Part shown: one piece after another, positions 1-9,182 of the stretch
How the letters are laid out: every line of letters begins with the position of its first letter
Position numbering within the stretch: position 1 is the first letter of the stretch
Origin: Candidatus Latescibacterota bacterium
GTDB lineage: Bacteria; Latescibacterota; UBA2968
Assembly: GCA_965205975.1 (NCBI GenBank)
Contig: OZ242195.1
Location: forward strand, 2,848,001 to 2,912,000
Reading direction: 5' to 3'
DNA: 64,000 bases
Program-made: the position numbers and the translations under genes
Notes under the pieces: generated by a model
Told to the model about the DNA's origin: nothing
The model's input: the letters and a program-made list of their open reading frames with translations, nothing else
Database searches by the model: none

Positions 1-330
1 TTTCAACATTTTGAAGTGCCTGTTGCATCGAATCTTGCGCTTGCCCGCCTTGTGTTTGCGAGGGTGTAGCAACCGAGCTGCTATTCTCATTCCTAACAGG
101 TTGATCTTTTAATACACCTTCCATGTATTCGCGTGCAGCTTCTGCAACAGCTTCCTGGTCTTCACTATCCTTGCCAGCATACGCAATCGCCGCAGCACCT
201 ATAAGCGCGGTGGCCGTACGGAAACCATCTCCTTGCGATTTTCCCGTTATCTTTGTCTGGGTGGCCCCGGCAGCGCGCAGAATCCTGGCAACATCCGGCC
301 TGTCCTTATCTTCGGTCGCAAAATATGCAT
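1..330 (-). CDS. Open frame running off the left edge; start unclear (possible gene fragment)
   Basis: Minus-strand frame reads ...YFATEDKDRPDVARILRAAGATQTK...QQALQNVE with no stop to position 1. DVARILRAAGA resembles the end of an ankyrin repeat. No good start codon or RBS. Confidence 0.4.
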
Positions 331-515
331 AAATTTTTATACAAAATAAGGGCGATATATCGTTCAATCGAGACAATATATCGCCTTTATTAAGAAAATC
401 AAATTCTATTTACATAACTTTCTTATACCAGTAAACTGCGATGCCTGTCCCTGCATGTGGTAAGCAGGGATCTGTTCATCTTCTACTAACGCCGGAAGAA
501 TGAGCAACGACAAAG

Positions 516-550
516 AAAGCCCGTCAATCGGTAATGATCAACGGGCTTTT
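516..550. terminator. Hairpin, possible terminator downstream of the ankyrin gene
   Basis: aaagcccgt...acgggctttt inverted repeat with A/T flanks. Confidence 0.5.
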
Positions 551-643
551 GTATTGCCTTCAGCGGCGAGTTATGCTGCTGTTTGGAGGGAATCGCTCCA
601 CACTGCGGAGCGTTTTGAAAAGGTTCGGTAAAATTGTCGCAAT

Positions 644-1561
644 CTACCCGATCACACCGCGCTTGCGCAGCACATCATCTACCTTATCATCGCCCGTCGC
701 TTTGTCGGAAAAGTTGAACTCCGATCCCGCATTGAGCAACAACTCGATCACCCCGGCGTAATCGGCATCTAACACGGGATGATTTGCCAGAAAATACATC
801 GTTGAACCAAGCGCTGTACCACCATAGTCATTTTTCAGCTCAACAGACGCCCCGCAATCCAGAAGCATCTCGACCGTATCTCTTCGACCGCGTTGTGATG
901 CCAGCATCAACCCCGTATTATTCGCCCCGCCCCTTGCGTCTATATCCAAGCCGCGCTTGAGAAGACATTCTGCCACCTCAGTGTAGCCATACTTGCAAGC
1001 AGACCAGAATGCCTCCTCCAACTCCCTGCGGGATGCACCTTTCCCATCGACAAATTTCTCGACCAGTTCAAGCTCTCCCAAACCAGCGGCGACTTCGACA
1101 TTCATGATCTTTGCACCGCATTTGAGAAGAGCCTGAACCGACTCGGGATACTCAAAACTAAGCGCGAGCCTCAGTGGTTCGCCATCTCCCTTTAACCCAT
1201 CTACCCTGGCACCTGCATTGACGAATACGCTCACAAGCTCAGCGGCAACACCCGATTTATGTGGGTGAAAACTGGTCACCAATGAAACAAGAGGTGTGGT
1301 ACCCGATCCCCCATCCAGGAAAGTAGCATCTATTTCGGCACCAGCATCAATGAGCACATTTGCTACATCGACCGCGTTAGTTGGTGTACTCTGCCGCTCA
1401 TCTTCCACGCCATTTGCCGCCACATAGTGAATCAACATCGCCCTATGCGCCTTGGATGATCGCATGCGAATCAGATCAGGCTCTCTCTTAAGCAGCGATT
1501 TAAGCGTCTCAATATCACCGGAAATCACGGCATCAACTGCTTCCTCAAATTCCTCAGTCAT
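644..1561 (-). CDS. Ankyrin-repeat protein
   Basis: Repeated ankyrin-like motifs (TPLVSL, EPLRLA, TGLMLASQRG, VEMLLDCGA, LLLNAGS). Confidence 0.9.
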   Translation of the reverse strand: MTEEFEEAVDAVISGDIETLKSLLKREPDLIRMRSSKAHRAMLIHYVAANGVEDERQSTPTNAVDVANVLIDAGAEIDATFLDGGSGTTPLVSLVTSFHPHKSGVAAELVSVFVNAGARVDGLKGDGEPLRLALSFEYPESVQALLKCGAKIMNVEVAAGLGELELVEKFVDGKGASRRELEEAFWSACKYGYTEVAECLLKRGLDIDARGGANNTGLMLASQRGRRDTVEMLLDCGASVELKNDYGGTALGSTMYFLANHPVLDADYAGVIELLLNAGSEFNFSDKATGDDKVDDVLRKRGVIG

Positions 1562-1588
1562 CTTTCACACTCCCTCATCTTTCACCAC

Positions 1589-1957
1589 TTCCCCATCGAG
1601 CAGATGCACAATGCGTTTGCTATAGCCCGCCCAACTGCTTCCTCAAATTCCTCAACAGAAGAGAGTCATGCTTTCACATGGCTCTGAAGAATCTCATCCA
1701 CCATGCTTCCCCATCACCTCCTCGACCAACACCTTGAGCATGCACGTTATGAATCTCGCATGCGTTTGCTTGCGGCCACTCCCGCCCACTTTTCAGAATG
1801 ACACCACAAAATGTGAATCTATATCTTCTAACACCTGCAAAATGATTTAAGACAATCGTTTCAGAAGGACATCCGCAAGCGCCAACTGCCTCCCTTGATC
1901 CCCACCCCCTCATTCCCCATCGAGCAGATGCACAATGCGTTTGCTATAGCCCGCCCA
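1589..1957. repeat. 45-bp exact direct repeat (1589-1633 and 1913-1957) flanking a degenerate copy of the same junction
   Basis: ttccccatcgagcagatgcacaatgcgtttgctatagcccgccca occurs twice; caactgcttcctcaaattcctca occurs at about 1534 and 1632. Confidence 0.9.
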
Positions 1958-2563
1958 CTTTTCCGAATGCGTCACCTGCACAATCGTTGTCCCACCCTCG
2001 TGCAATCTGGTGAACAAATCCATCACATGTTCGCCCTGCGTCGAATTTAAGTTTCCAGTAGGTTCATCGGCCAGAATCACACGCGGTTTAATCACCACGG
2101 CACGCGCGACACCCACGCGCTGTTGTTCGCCGCCGGACAATTGGTGGGGAAACAAATCCTTCTTCTCCACCAGATCAAACTCATCCAGCATCGCATTCAC
2201 CATCTCCTCCCGTTCATCCCCCTTCACCTTCTTGTACAACAAAGGCGTCTCGATATTGCCGTACACCGTCAGCTCATCAATCAAATGATAGCTCTGAAAC
2301 ACAAAACCAATATTATTCTTGTGACAATCTGACCGCTCGCGCTCGCGCATCTTATGCACGGCTTCGCCATCAAACAAATATTCCCCTCTATTCGACGAAT
2401 CCAGCATCCCCATAATGTGCAACAACGTAGATTTGCCCGAACCAGAAGGTCCCATAATAGATACAAACTCCCCGGACGCAACCCCCAGATCAATACCCTG
2501 CAACACAACCGTCCGAATAAAACGCGACGAATACCACTTTTGAACACCCGACATCTGAATCAT
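1910..2563 (-). CDS. ABC transporter ATP-binding protein (LolD/MacB-type); native C-terminus VVKDEGV probably encoded at 1565-1588
   Basis: GPSGSGKS, LSGGEQQR, ILADEPTGNL, VTH motifs. Confidence 0.93.
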   Translation of the reverse strand: MIQMSGVQKWYSSRFIRTVVLQGIDLGVASGEFVSIMGPSGSGKSTLLHIMGMLDSSNRGEYLFDGEAVHKMRERERSDCHKNNIGFVFQSYHLIDELTVYGNIETPLLYKKVKGDEREEMVNAMLDEFDLVEKKDLFPHQLSGGEQQRVGVARAVVIKPRVILADEPTGNLNSTQGEHVMDLFTRLHEGGTTIVQVTHSEKWAGYSKRIVHLLDGE

Positions 2564-2622
2564 CTCGAACCTCCTCTATAAACTAATTTTGAACGACGGA
2601 TCAAATTGTAACTCCCATCCTA

Positions 2623-2638
2623 TGCAATATCCGTGCCA
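2623..2638 (-). promoter_or_regulatory. Sigma54 -24/-12 promoter
   Basis: Reverse complement reads TGGCACGGATATTGCA, about 60 bp upstream of the ATG at 2563. Confidence 0.85.
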
Positions 2639-2657
2639 AAATATTTATCTCATTATT

Positions 2658-2670
2658 TATCAACCTGTTA
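2658..2670. promoter_or_regulatory. IHF site
   Basis: TATCAAcctgTTA matches WATCAA-N4-TTR and lies between the sigma54 promoter and upstream repeats. Confidence 0.65.
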
Positions 2671-2701
2671 TAAAAAATCAAAAAGTTCCACAACGCCACA
2701 A

Positions 2702-2740
2702 GTGTCCGAAAATGATACACAAGTGTCCGAAAATGAACAC
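2702..2740. promoter_or_regulatory. Tandem enhancer-like (bEBP UAS) sites
   Basis: gtgtccgaaaatgatacac and gtgtccgaaaatgaacac, 21-bp period, GTGT...ACAC dyad. Confidence 0.65.
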
Positions 2741-2750
2741 TTAAAACCAA

Positions 2751-3647
2751 CTATACCTTCACCTTCAACGCACCCGGAACAACCTCAATCTTTGCGGGCA
2801 CCTCACACATCGGTTCTCCATCTGCAAAAATCCACAAAAGATCATCGGACTCAATCTGCAAAGTACTGGTCTGCACAACGCGCACAGCAGAATGACCAAT
2901 ATGAGCGCCGGAATACGCACGCAAAAACATCCTCAAAACCGTCCAGCGCGAAACATCTGCCACAATGCACACATCCAGCACCCCATCGTCAATAATGGCA
3001 TCAGGTACAATTTTAATCCCACTCCCATAAAAAGGCGCGTTTGCCGTTGCCGCCAGCAAAATACGCCCTTCAAAAACGCCAAAATCTCCTCGCAGACGCA
3101 CAAGGGAAGACCGATATCCGACCAGTGTTCGCAAAACTGTCAGCCCATAAGACACTTTTCCTCCCACCTCCAAAGCCCGTGTGAGAAAACCAGCCCTCTG
3201 ACTCCGCATCCTTTGCGCCACCGCCGTATCGAAACCCAAACTCGCAACAGTCGCAAAAAATCGGTCACCCGCTTTCCCCAGATCAATCGCGCGATCCACC
3301 CCATGCACCAGCGTATTGACCACATCCACCACATCTTTGGACAATCCCAATGCCCGCGCCAGATCATTCCCGCGACCACAGGGAATAACCCCCAAAATCG
3401 CATCTGAATTTACGAGACCATTGACCACCTCATGCACTGTCCCATCACCCCCACACGCAGCAACCTGGCGTGCCCCACGCGCCAACGCTTCCCGCGCTAA
3501 CCGCTCGCAATCGCCCGGTGCCCCCGACATCATCAAATCGGCATTTACACCGTGCTCGCACAACAAATCCGCAACCCGCTCACCTATGCGCCTTGCACGA
3601 CCACGTCCCGAAACGGGATTTGCAATAATTGTCCAATGATTTGACAT
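2751..3647 (-). CDS. Diacylglycerol/lipid kinase family protein (YegS/DgkB-like)
   Basis: ANPVSG, GGDGTVHEVVNG, PCGRGNDLA, ADGE motifs. Confidence 0.92.
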   Translation of the reverse strand: MSNHWTIIANPVSGRGRARRIGERVADLLCEHGVNADLMMSGAPGDCERLAREALARGARQVAACGGDGTVHEVVNGLVNSDAILGVIPCGRGNDLARALGLSKDVVDVVNTLVHGVDRAIDLGKAGDRFFATVASLGFDTAVAQRMRSQRAGFLTRALEVGGKVSYGLTVLRTLVGYRSSLVRLRGDFGVFEGRILLAATANAPFYGSGIKIVPDAIIDDGVLDVCIVADVSRWTVLRMFLRAYSGAHIGHSAVRVVQTSTLQIESDDLLWIFADGEPMCEVPAKIEVVPGALKVKV

Positions 3648-3732
3648 AAAGCTAATCACTCAAAAAGAAAACTCACCTCACAGTGAGATGAGTAGGATCG
3701 AACCCGATACAGACGGGAACGATTCTATCGAG

Positions 3733-3792
3733 CTTAGGGGGTAACTTAGGGGGTAACTTGGATGGTAACTTAGATGGTAACTTGGATGGTAA
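3733..3792. repeat. Five copies of a 12-bp tandem repeat
   Basis: (cttRgRKggtaa)x5 seen directly. Confidence 0.85.
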
Positions 3793-3866
3793 TTGCCAAC
3801 CGGGCATCCGCCTCAGATCGCACTTCTGGGTTTGGATGCAGGTCAGAATACGTCACGTTCTCTCCC

Positions 3867-4535
3867 TTAAATCCCGAACCTCTGTTTCAATCTTTGAATC
3901 CGATTAAAAGATTCGCAAATGCGATCTTCTCTAACAACGCCATCTGCTACCGCCTGTACAATAGCATTTTTAACATCGTACACCTGATCAATATTGTATT
4001 CCCCAATCTGGTTGGCGAGCAGAATCATATCAACACCTGCTTTTACGGCTTCAACAACCGCTTCTATCAACCCATACGCCTCAACAATCGCTCCCATTTG
4101 CATATCATCGGAAATAACGACCCCATCAAAGCCCATCTCATCCCTCAGGAGCTTTGTCATAATATCATGCGACAACGTCGCCGGTCTTCCGCTCTTATCG
4201 AGCTTCCGATTCACAATATGCGCGGTAAGAATCGGACCTTCATAGCCTCTCTGAATAAATTTTTGATACGGCAAAAGCTCTTTTGCACGTCGGTATGTCT
4301 CCGTGACATCGGTAACACCGAGATGCGTATCGTCCGCCGCACTTCCGTGTCCGGGAAAGTGTTTCAGCGTCGGTATCACCTGCTGTTCTCGATGCGCCTT
4401 AACAAACGCATTGGCATGCGCTACCACAGCCCTCGGAACATCGCTAAACGACCGCTCTATTGCGCCAACAGCAGGACTTTGGGGATCTATTCCCACGGCT
4501 TCTTCTACAGAAATTCCAAGATCACCAGGTGTCAC
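3867..4535 (-). pseudogene. nagZ: N-terminally truncated GH3 beta-N-acetylhexosaminidase (NagZ-like)
   Basis: ERSFS, KHFPGHG, DTH and SDDMQMGA are present. The N-terminal part including DQEGG is missing. A GTG start overlaps the SDR stop. Confidence 0.7.
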
Positions 4536-5344
4536 GCCACATCCCCCAAACCCTGCCCCCTCATCTTCCTCCTCACCAGCCACTCGACAATTTTGGGATG
4601 AATCAATTGCAGATAGGGCAATGCGCGGTGGTGCCAGGGAAGCACCAGTTCGCGCCTCTGCTTTCGCATAGCTTTCAAAATTGCCCTGCAACAATATTCT
4701 ACAGAAAGTGCCTCTTTATTGTGCCGCTGTGAGGAATCGCCCAGTGCTTCACCATCCTTCCCAAAAGCGCGTCGTCTCAAATTCGTCCCCTGAAGCCAAT
4801 GCGGCAAAACCGTCAAAACATGAACATCTTCCACTTCCAGACGCAGAGCATTTAAAAAACCCAGCACCGCGTGCTTTGATGCGCCATATCCCGTATGCAG
4901 AGGCACGCCAAATTTGCCCTGCAAAGATGCAATGGCCACAATCATACCCTTCGAAACTTTCAAATGTGGCAATGCCGCATGCACGCAATAAACCAGACCG
5001 AGATAATTGGTCTCCATCAGCTTGCGAAACACGTCCAGATCTTCCACCTCGTCAAACCGCGCCCACATACTAATCCCGGCATTGGCAATCAAATAATCAA
5101 TGCGACCAAATGCAGTAACCGTCGCCTCAATTAATTGTTCACAATCTTCGATCTTCGTAACATCTCCCACCACGGTCACCACCTGTGCGCCCAAATCCCG
5201 ACACTGCTCAGCCGTCTCGCTCAGCTTTTCCTCCCGCCGAGCAAACAATGTTAGGTGTGCGCCCTGTTTCGCCAGTTCCAGAGCCAACACAGCCCCAAGC
5301 CCCGAAGACGCGCCCGTAATAATCGCTACTTTATCGCAAAACAT
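4532..5344 (-). CDS. SDR oxidoreductase (DHRS7B-like; candidate acyl/alkyl-DHAP reductase)
   Basis: TGASSGLG, NAG, YGASK motifs; last gene of the lipid operon. Confidence 0.9.
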   Translation of the reverse strand: MFCDKVAIITGASSGLGAVLALELAKQGAHLTLFARREEKLSETAEQCRDLGAQVVTVVGDVTKIEDCEQLIEATVTAFGRIDYLIANAGISMWARFDEVEDLDVFRKLMETNYLGLVYCVHAALPHLKVSKGMIVAIASLQGKFGVPLHTGYGASKHAVLGFLNALRLEVEDVHVLTVLPHWLQGTNLRRRAFGKDGEALGDSSQRHNKEALSVEYCCRAILKAMRKQRRELVLPWHHRALPYLQLIHPKIVEWLVRRKMRGQGLGDVA

Positions 5345-5378
5345 TGCGCCGCTCAAAATCAATAGTTCCTTTCCATTT

Positions 5379-7211
5379 TCAATCCGCAAACGCCCCATTG
5401 CCAATGGCAAAGATATTATTTGGATCCATCGCCTTTTTCATCTGCCGCAGCACCGCAAGACTATTTTCGCTTTGAATCTGCGGCAAAAATCCACTGCGGA
5501 GCTTGCCCACGCCGTGATGGTGTGACAAAGACCCGCCGTGGTCTAAAATCTCCTGCCGCAACCGGCGCTCAATCGCGTGATAAACGCCAACCGCATCCTC
5601 AAGCCCCTGCGCACAAAAACCCATAGTAAAATAAATGCACACACCCGTGTGATAGGTCTGCGTCACGCGATAAGCCAAAAAGGGCTTGCCCGGCACGCTG
5701 TATTCTTCACACAAAACAACCAACTTCTTTTCCACCGCACCAATAACATCGTGAATATTAGTCCACGGCACAGAAGTCTCAAATGTCTCGCCCAAAATGT
5801 GAAACTGAGTAAAAAAATCGCGAATATACGCAATCCCAAACGTCAACATATACCCCCGCTCGCCTCTGTGCGCCCCGCCCGAAATACCGCCGTATTTCTT
5901 CGCCAAACGAAAAATCGTCTTTGCCTGCTGCCGAACCTCGTCTTTTGTTCCCTCCATCACAATCGTACACGCCACCAACTGCTTTGGATCAAACCCCTTG
6001 ACCTTAACCAAAAAAAATTGCTGAATATCCTGCTGGAGCTTCTTGAACCCTTTTGCCTCGGGCTTCAGCGCCTGCCCAAGCTGTAATTCCGTATTGTTCA
6101 CCAGCCGAATACTCGCCGGAACTTGCCCCGTTGGCCGAAGTGCTTTTAAGTAACTTACACCTCGTTCAAATGACGGAAACACCAGCGAACCAAACGCCTG
6201 TGCCTCGGGCTGTTTGTGGATCTTGATCGTCGCCCGGGTAATAATCCCCAAATTACCCTCACTCCCAAACAAAAATGACCTGGGCTGCACACCCGTTGAA
6301 TTGCGCGGCGTCGCATGGTGTGTCTCCACCTCCCCCGTTGGCGTTACCAGCGTGGCCTCTATCACAATATCCTCAATATTGCCATACCGATTCTTTTTCA
6401 TACCACTGGCATTGGTCGCAATCCATCCCCCCAGAGTTGAAAACTCCAGACTATCTGGATCGTGTCCCGATGTGTATCCCAACTCATTCAGCGCAATCTC
6501 CAATTGCTTACCCGAAATCCCTGATTGTACACACGCTTGAAAATTCTCTTCATCCACCTGCACAATGCGATTCATGCGACGCATATCCACCGACGCGACC
6601 ATCCGCGTCTCTGAAGTCGGAATTGCGAGCGCACCGCTCACATTCGTCCCGCCGCCATAGGGCACCAGCACCACATCGTGTTCATTTGCAAGCTGGATAA
6701 TAGCCTGAATATCCGCGTCTTCCTCTGGGAACAACACCACATCCACCAGGCGTTCGGGCGGCCGATGGTACAAAATTTGATACACCTCATCCACACTCAA
6801 CTGCCCGTGGCTATGTACCAGACGCTCTATGTCCTCTTGAGAAACGCCATTTTCGCTGAGCGCATCGCGCACCGCCCTCAAAAATTCGTCATTTGCCACG
6901 GGCGCGGGCAAATCGCGGTGCTCAACCTCTTGCCCCATATCTTCGGGACGGATCGGCACCTCGAGCACCTCTTCGACAAAAGGCAAAAAATAAGGCATCC
7001 GATAGCCACACAACGGATACCGCGTTCCCGTCACCTGCACAGTCCTGTCATCGTCAAACTCAAACCGCGTATCCTTATACCCCCACTTGTGTGCAAACCG
7101 CTCGCCTTCTGCCCCCTCAGAAAAACGGTCTTTACTGGCAAAAGCGCGACGCCCTCGAACGAGCAAAAATACCAGCACCAGCAAAAATGCGACAACCATC
7201 AGTTCATTCAT
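5379..7211 (-). CDS. Alkyl-dihydroxyacetone-phosphate synthase (AGPS-like FAD oxidoreductase) with N-terminal hydrophobic anchor
   Basis: WGYKDT, PYGGGTNV, GHDPDSLEFSTLGGWIATNASGMKKNRYGNIED, RVTQTY, SLSHHHGVGKLR; RBS gaggtg before MNELM. Confidence 0.9.
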   Translation of the reverse strand: MNELMVVAFLLVLVFLLVRGRRAFASKDRFSEGAEGERFAHKWGYKDTRFEFDDDRTVQVTGTRYPLCGYRMPYFLPFVEEVLEVPIRPEDMGQEVEHRDLPAPVANDEFLRAVRDALSENGVSQEDIERLVHSHGQLSVDEVYQILYHRPPERLVDVVLFPEEDADIQAIIQLANEHDVVLVPYGGGTNVSGALAIPTSETRMVASVDMRRMNRIVQVDEENFQACVQSGISGKQLEIALNELGYTSGHDPDSLEFSTLGGWIATNASGMKKNRYGNIEDIVIEATLVTPTGEVETHHATPRNSTGVQPRSFLFGSEGNLGIITRATIKIHKQPEAQAFGSLVFPSFERGVSYLKALRPTGQVPASIRLVNNTELQLGQALKPEAKGFKKLQQDIQQFFLVKVKGFDPKQLVACTIVMEGTKDEVRQQAKTIFRLAKKYGGISGGAHRGERGYMLTFGIAYIRDFFTQFHILGETFETSVPWTNIHDVIGAVEKKLVVLCEEYSVPGKPFLAYRVTQTYHTGVCIYFTMGFCAQGLEDAVGVYHAIERRLRQEILDHGGSLSHHHGVGKLRSGFLPQIQSENSLAVLRQMKKAMDPNNIFAIGNGAFAD

Positions 7212-7226
7212 TTCACACCTCAATTT

Positions 7227-9173
7227 TCAAGACTCTTCCGGATTCAACAACGTCGCAATATGCACCGCTTGAAACAGCGCAGCAGCCTCGGACTGAATCC
7301 GCAGCGATCGTCTTTTGGGCAACAGGGTCGTCTCTCCCAACATCGGCGGTGAGACCCACACATCGACCTGCCCCGGATTGATATTGATATTGCCCTTTGG
7401 ACACTTGGGCCACAGCGCGTGAAGCCCGCGATACGCAATCGGCACAATCACCACATCCTGGGGCAATTGTGCAAACACTCCGTGTTGAAGCGGAAATTGT
7501 TGAATCGCAAAAGCCGCCGTCGTCGCCATGGGATAAATAACACCCGGTCGCTCTGTCAATGCCTGTGCCACGCGCTGTGTCGTATGGCCCGCAGCACGGG
7601 ATCGCTCGAGCATCACATAGCCATCGACATTTTCCAAGATCTGATCAAAAACCTCCGACGTCATCCCAAACTGCGTGATCTGTTTCGACCCAATTTTGAT
7701 ACCCGAGCGCGCCAGCCCAGTACGCGCCAGAATCACACAAGGTTCGGGTCTTTCCCATCCCATTGCATTCATAAATTCTCGAGACTGCAAAACCCTGTAC
7801 AAAACGGGATGGTCAAATAAACTCTGATGCGTTGGCAAAAAAATAAGACGCCGACCTTCCGCATCGGCTCCCAAATCTCGCACAATGGCTTCAAAATGGG
7901 GATCGATATAAACGTTGACGCGAATATCAAAAATATCCAGCGTGCGACGCCCCCAATCGAGCCAGGTGCGCCATCCGGCTTCGCGGCGACGGATGGGATC
8001 GGCTTCTCTTTCCAACAATTTCTTTTTTTGACGTCCCACCTTGAACGAAGTCCCCATCCACCTGACAAAACGCATCCCTCGCTGCAACTTTGAAAATTGC
8101 CCCCGACGCCCGACATTGGGATATTCCAAAAATCGCCCGCGCGCCGTATCTGCGAGCAAAGTGGGCATTTCTATACGCGAGCCTTTTTGTCCAACGCGAT
8201 CGATTTGCGCGTTCAAATCGCATATTAGCTTAACCGACAAATCAATCATATCCCGCGTCAAATAACTATACTCCTGCCCATACCAATACAGCCGGGGACG
8301 CAATTTGGTAGGATCTTCTTGATGCGCATGCAAAAATTCAATCAACAGCGCCTTGATGTGCAACACATCATCATCTATCCCATCCATCTCCACATCACTC
8401 GCCTCGTGCAACTGCGCCAAAGCCACCTCAGCATCCACAATAACCTTCCACACCGATACGCCAAACCAGCCAAAATTTGTCAAATAATTATACCGCGTTG
8501 ACAGCAACCCCCCCGCGGCGATCAAATTGAGCGTGCGCTGTGCCACATCTTGCAACAAATCGCGCAAAGAGCCCTCAATTCTCTCGCCATCTCGTTCACA
8601 ACTGTACTCCTCAGCCCAGTGCGCGTCCTCATCCGCCTCCACATTGTCAAGAGCCTCTGCAACGGCGCGGGCATGCGACATCGGCACCTGTGTAATATGC
8701 ACCTGAGCCAGAGCCTCTTCAACGGCTTCGGGCGCGTGCAACTCCGCCTGTGCCAAAGCCTTCAAATACAGAGACTGATACAACTTCAAAAAATCTTTCG
8801 CATCCCCGCGTCCACGCTCGACAAATTGTCGTCGCAGTTGCAAATAAATTTGGCTGCCCGTGTGATATTGCGGAAGCAACCGCGCAAAAGGACGGTACGC
8901 CTCGTCCAAACGCTCATTGCGGACCTCGGGCAGGTCTCGAAAAATCGCATCCACAAGCTGAGCGCGAAATTGAAGTGCCTCCATATCCATCGCCCCACTC
9001 TTACTTTTGGGCCAGACCAGCGCATCTGGATCGAACGCGTCAAAATAGCCATCGTGACGCACGGCTTCGAGCATAAGCTGAACCGATTGGTCATAAATAG
9101 ACAACATCTGCTCCAGATCCTCGAGCAGTGTTTCGTGCAATGGGCGAGTATCCGATTTATTGCGTAAGGTCAT
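7227..9173 (-). CDS. Large protein with C-terminal PlsC/GPAT-type acyltransferase domain
   Basis: PTHQSLFD (HX4D) and VIVPIAYRG; N-terminal ~400 aa not recognised. Confidence 0.75.
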   Translation of the reverse strand: MTLRNKSDTRPLHETLLEDLEQMLSIYDQSVQLMLEAVRHDGYFDAFDPDALVWPKSKSGAMDMEALQFRAQLVDAIFRDLPEVRNERLDEAYRPFARLLPQYHTGSQIYLQLRRQFVERGRGDAKDFLKLYQSLYLKALAQAELHAPEAVEEALAQVHITQVPMSHARAVAEALDNVEADEDAHWAEEYSCERDGERIEGSLRDLLQDVAQRTLNLIAAGGLLSTRYNYLTNFGWFGVSVWKVIVDAEVALAQLHEASDVEMDGIDDDVLHIKALLIEFLHAHQEDPTKLRPRLYWYGQEYSYLTRDMIDLSVKLICDLNAQIDRVGQKGSRIEMPTLLADTARGRFLEYPNVGRRGQFSKLQRGMRFVRWMGTSFKVGRQKKKLLEREADPIRRREAGWRTWLDWGRRTLDIFDIRVNVYIDPHFEAIVRDLGADAEGRRLIFLPTHQSLFDHPVLYRVLQSREFMNAMGWERPEPCVILARTGLARSGIKIGSKQITQFGMTSEVFDQILENVDGYVMLERSRAAGHTTQRVAQALTERPGVIYPMATTAAFAIQQFPLQHGVFAQLPQDVVIVPIAYRGLHALWPKCPKGNININPGQVDVWVSPPMLGETTLLPKRRSLRIQSEAAALFQAVHIATLLNPEES

Positions 9174-9182
9174 AAGAGAAGC

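Noticed and set aside
1674..1913. 79-aa ORF as a real gene
   Set aside because: It lies wholly inside the degenerate duplication and has no recognisable motif.
1589..1957. Direct repeats as att sites or the target duplication of a mobile element
   Set aside because: The intervening DNA is a noisy copy of the flanks, with no integrase, transposase or terminal inverted repeats.
3774..4601. Long antisense ORFs (this one and e.g. 18815-19549, 32662-33354, 6678-7352)
   Set aside because: Shadows of well-supported genes on the opposite strand, with no motifs or RBS.
4536..4694. N-terminal extension of the GH3 ORF overlapping the SDR
   Set aside because: It is an alternative frame of the SDR C-terminus with no GH3 similarity.
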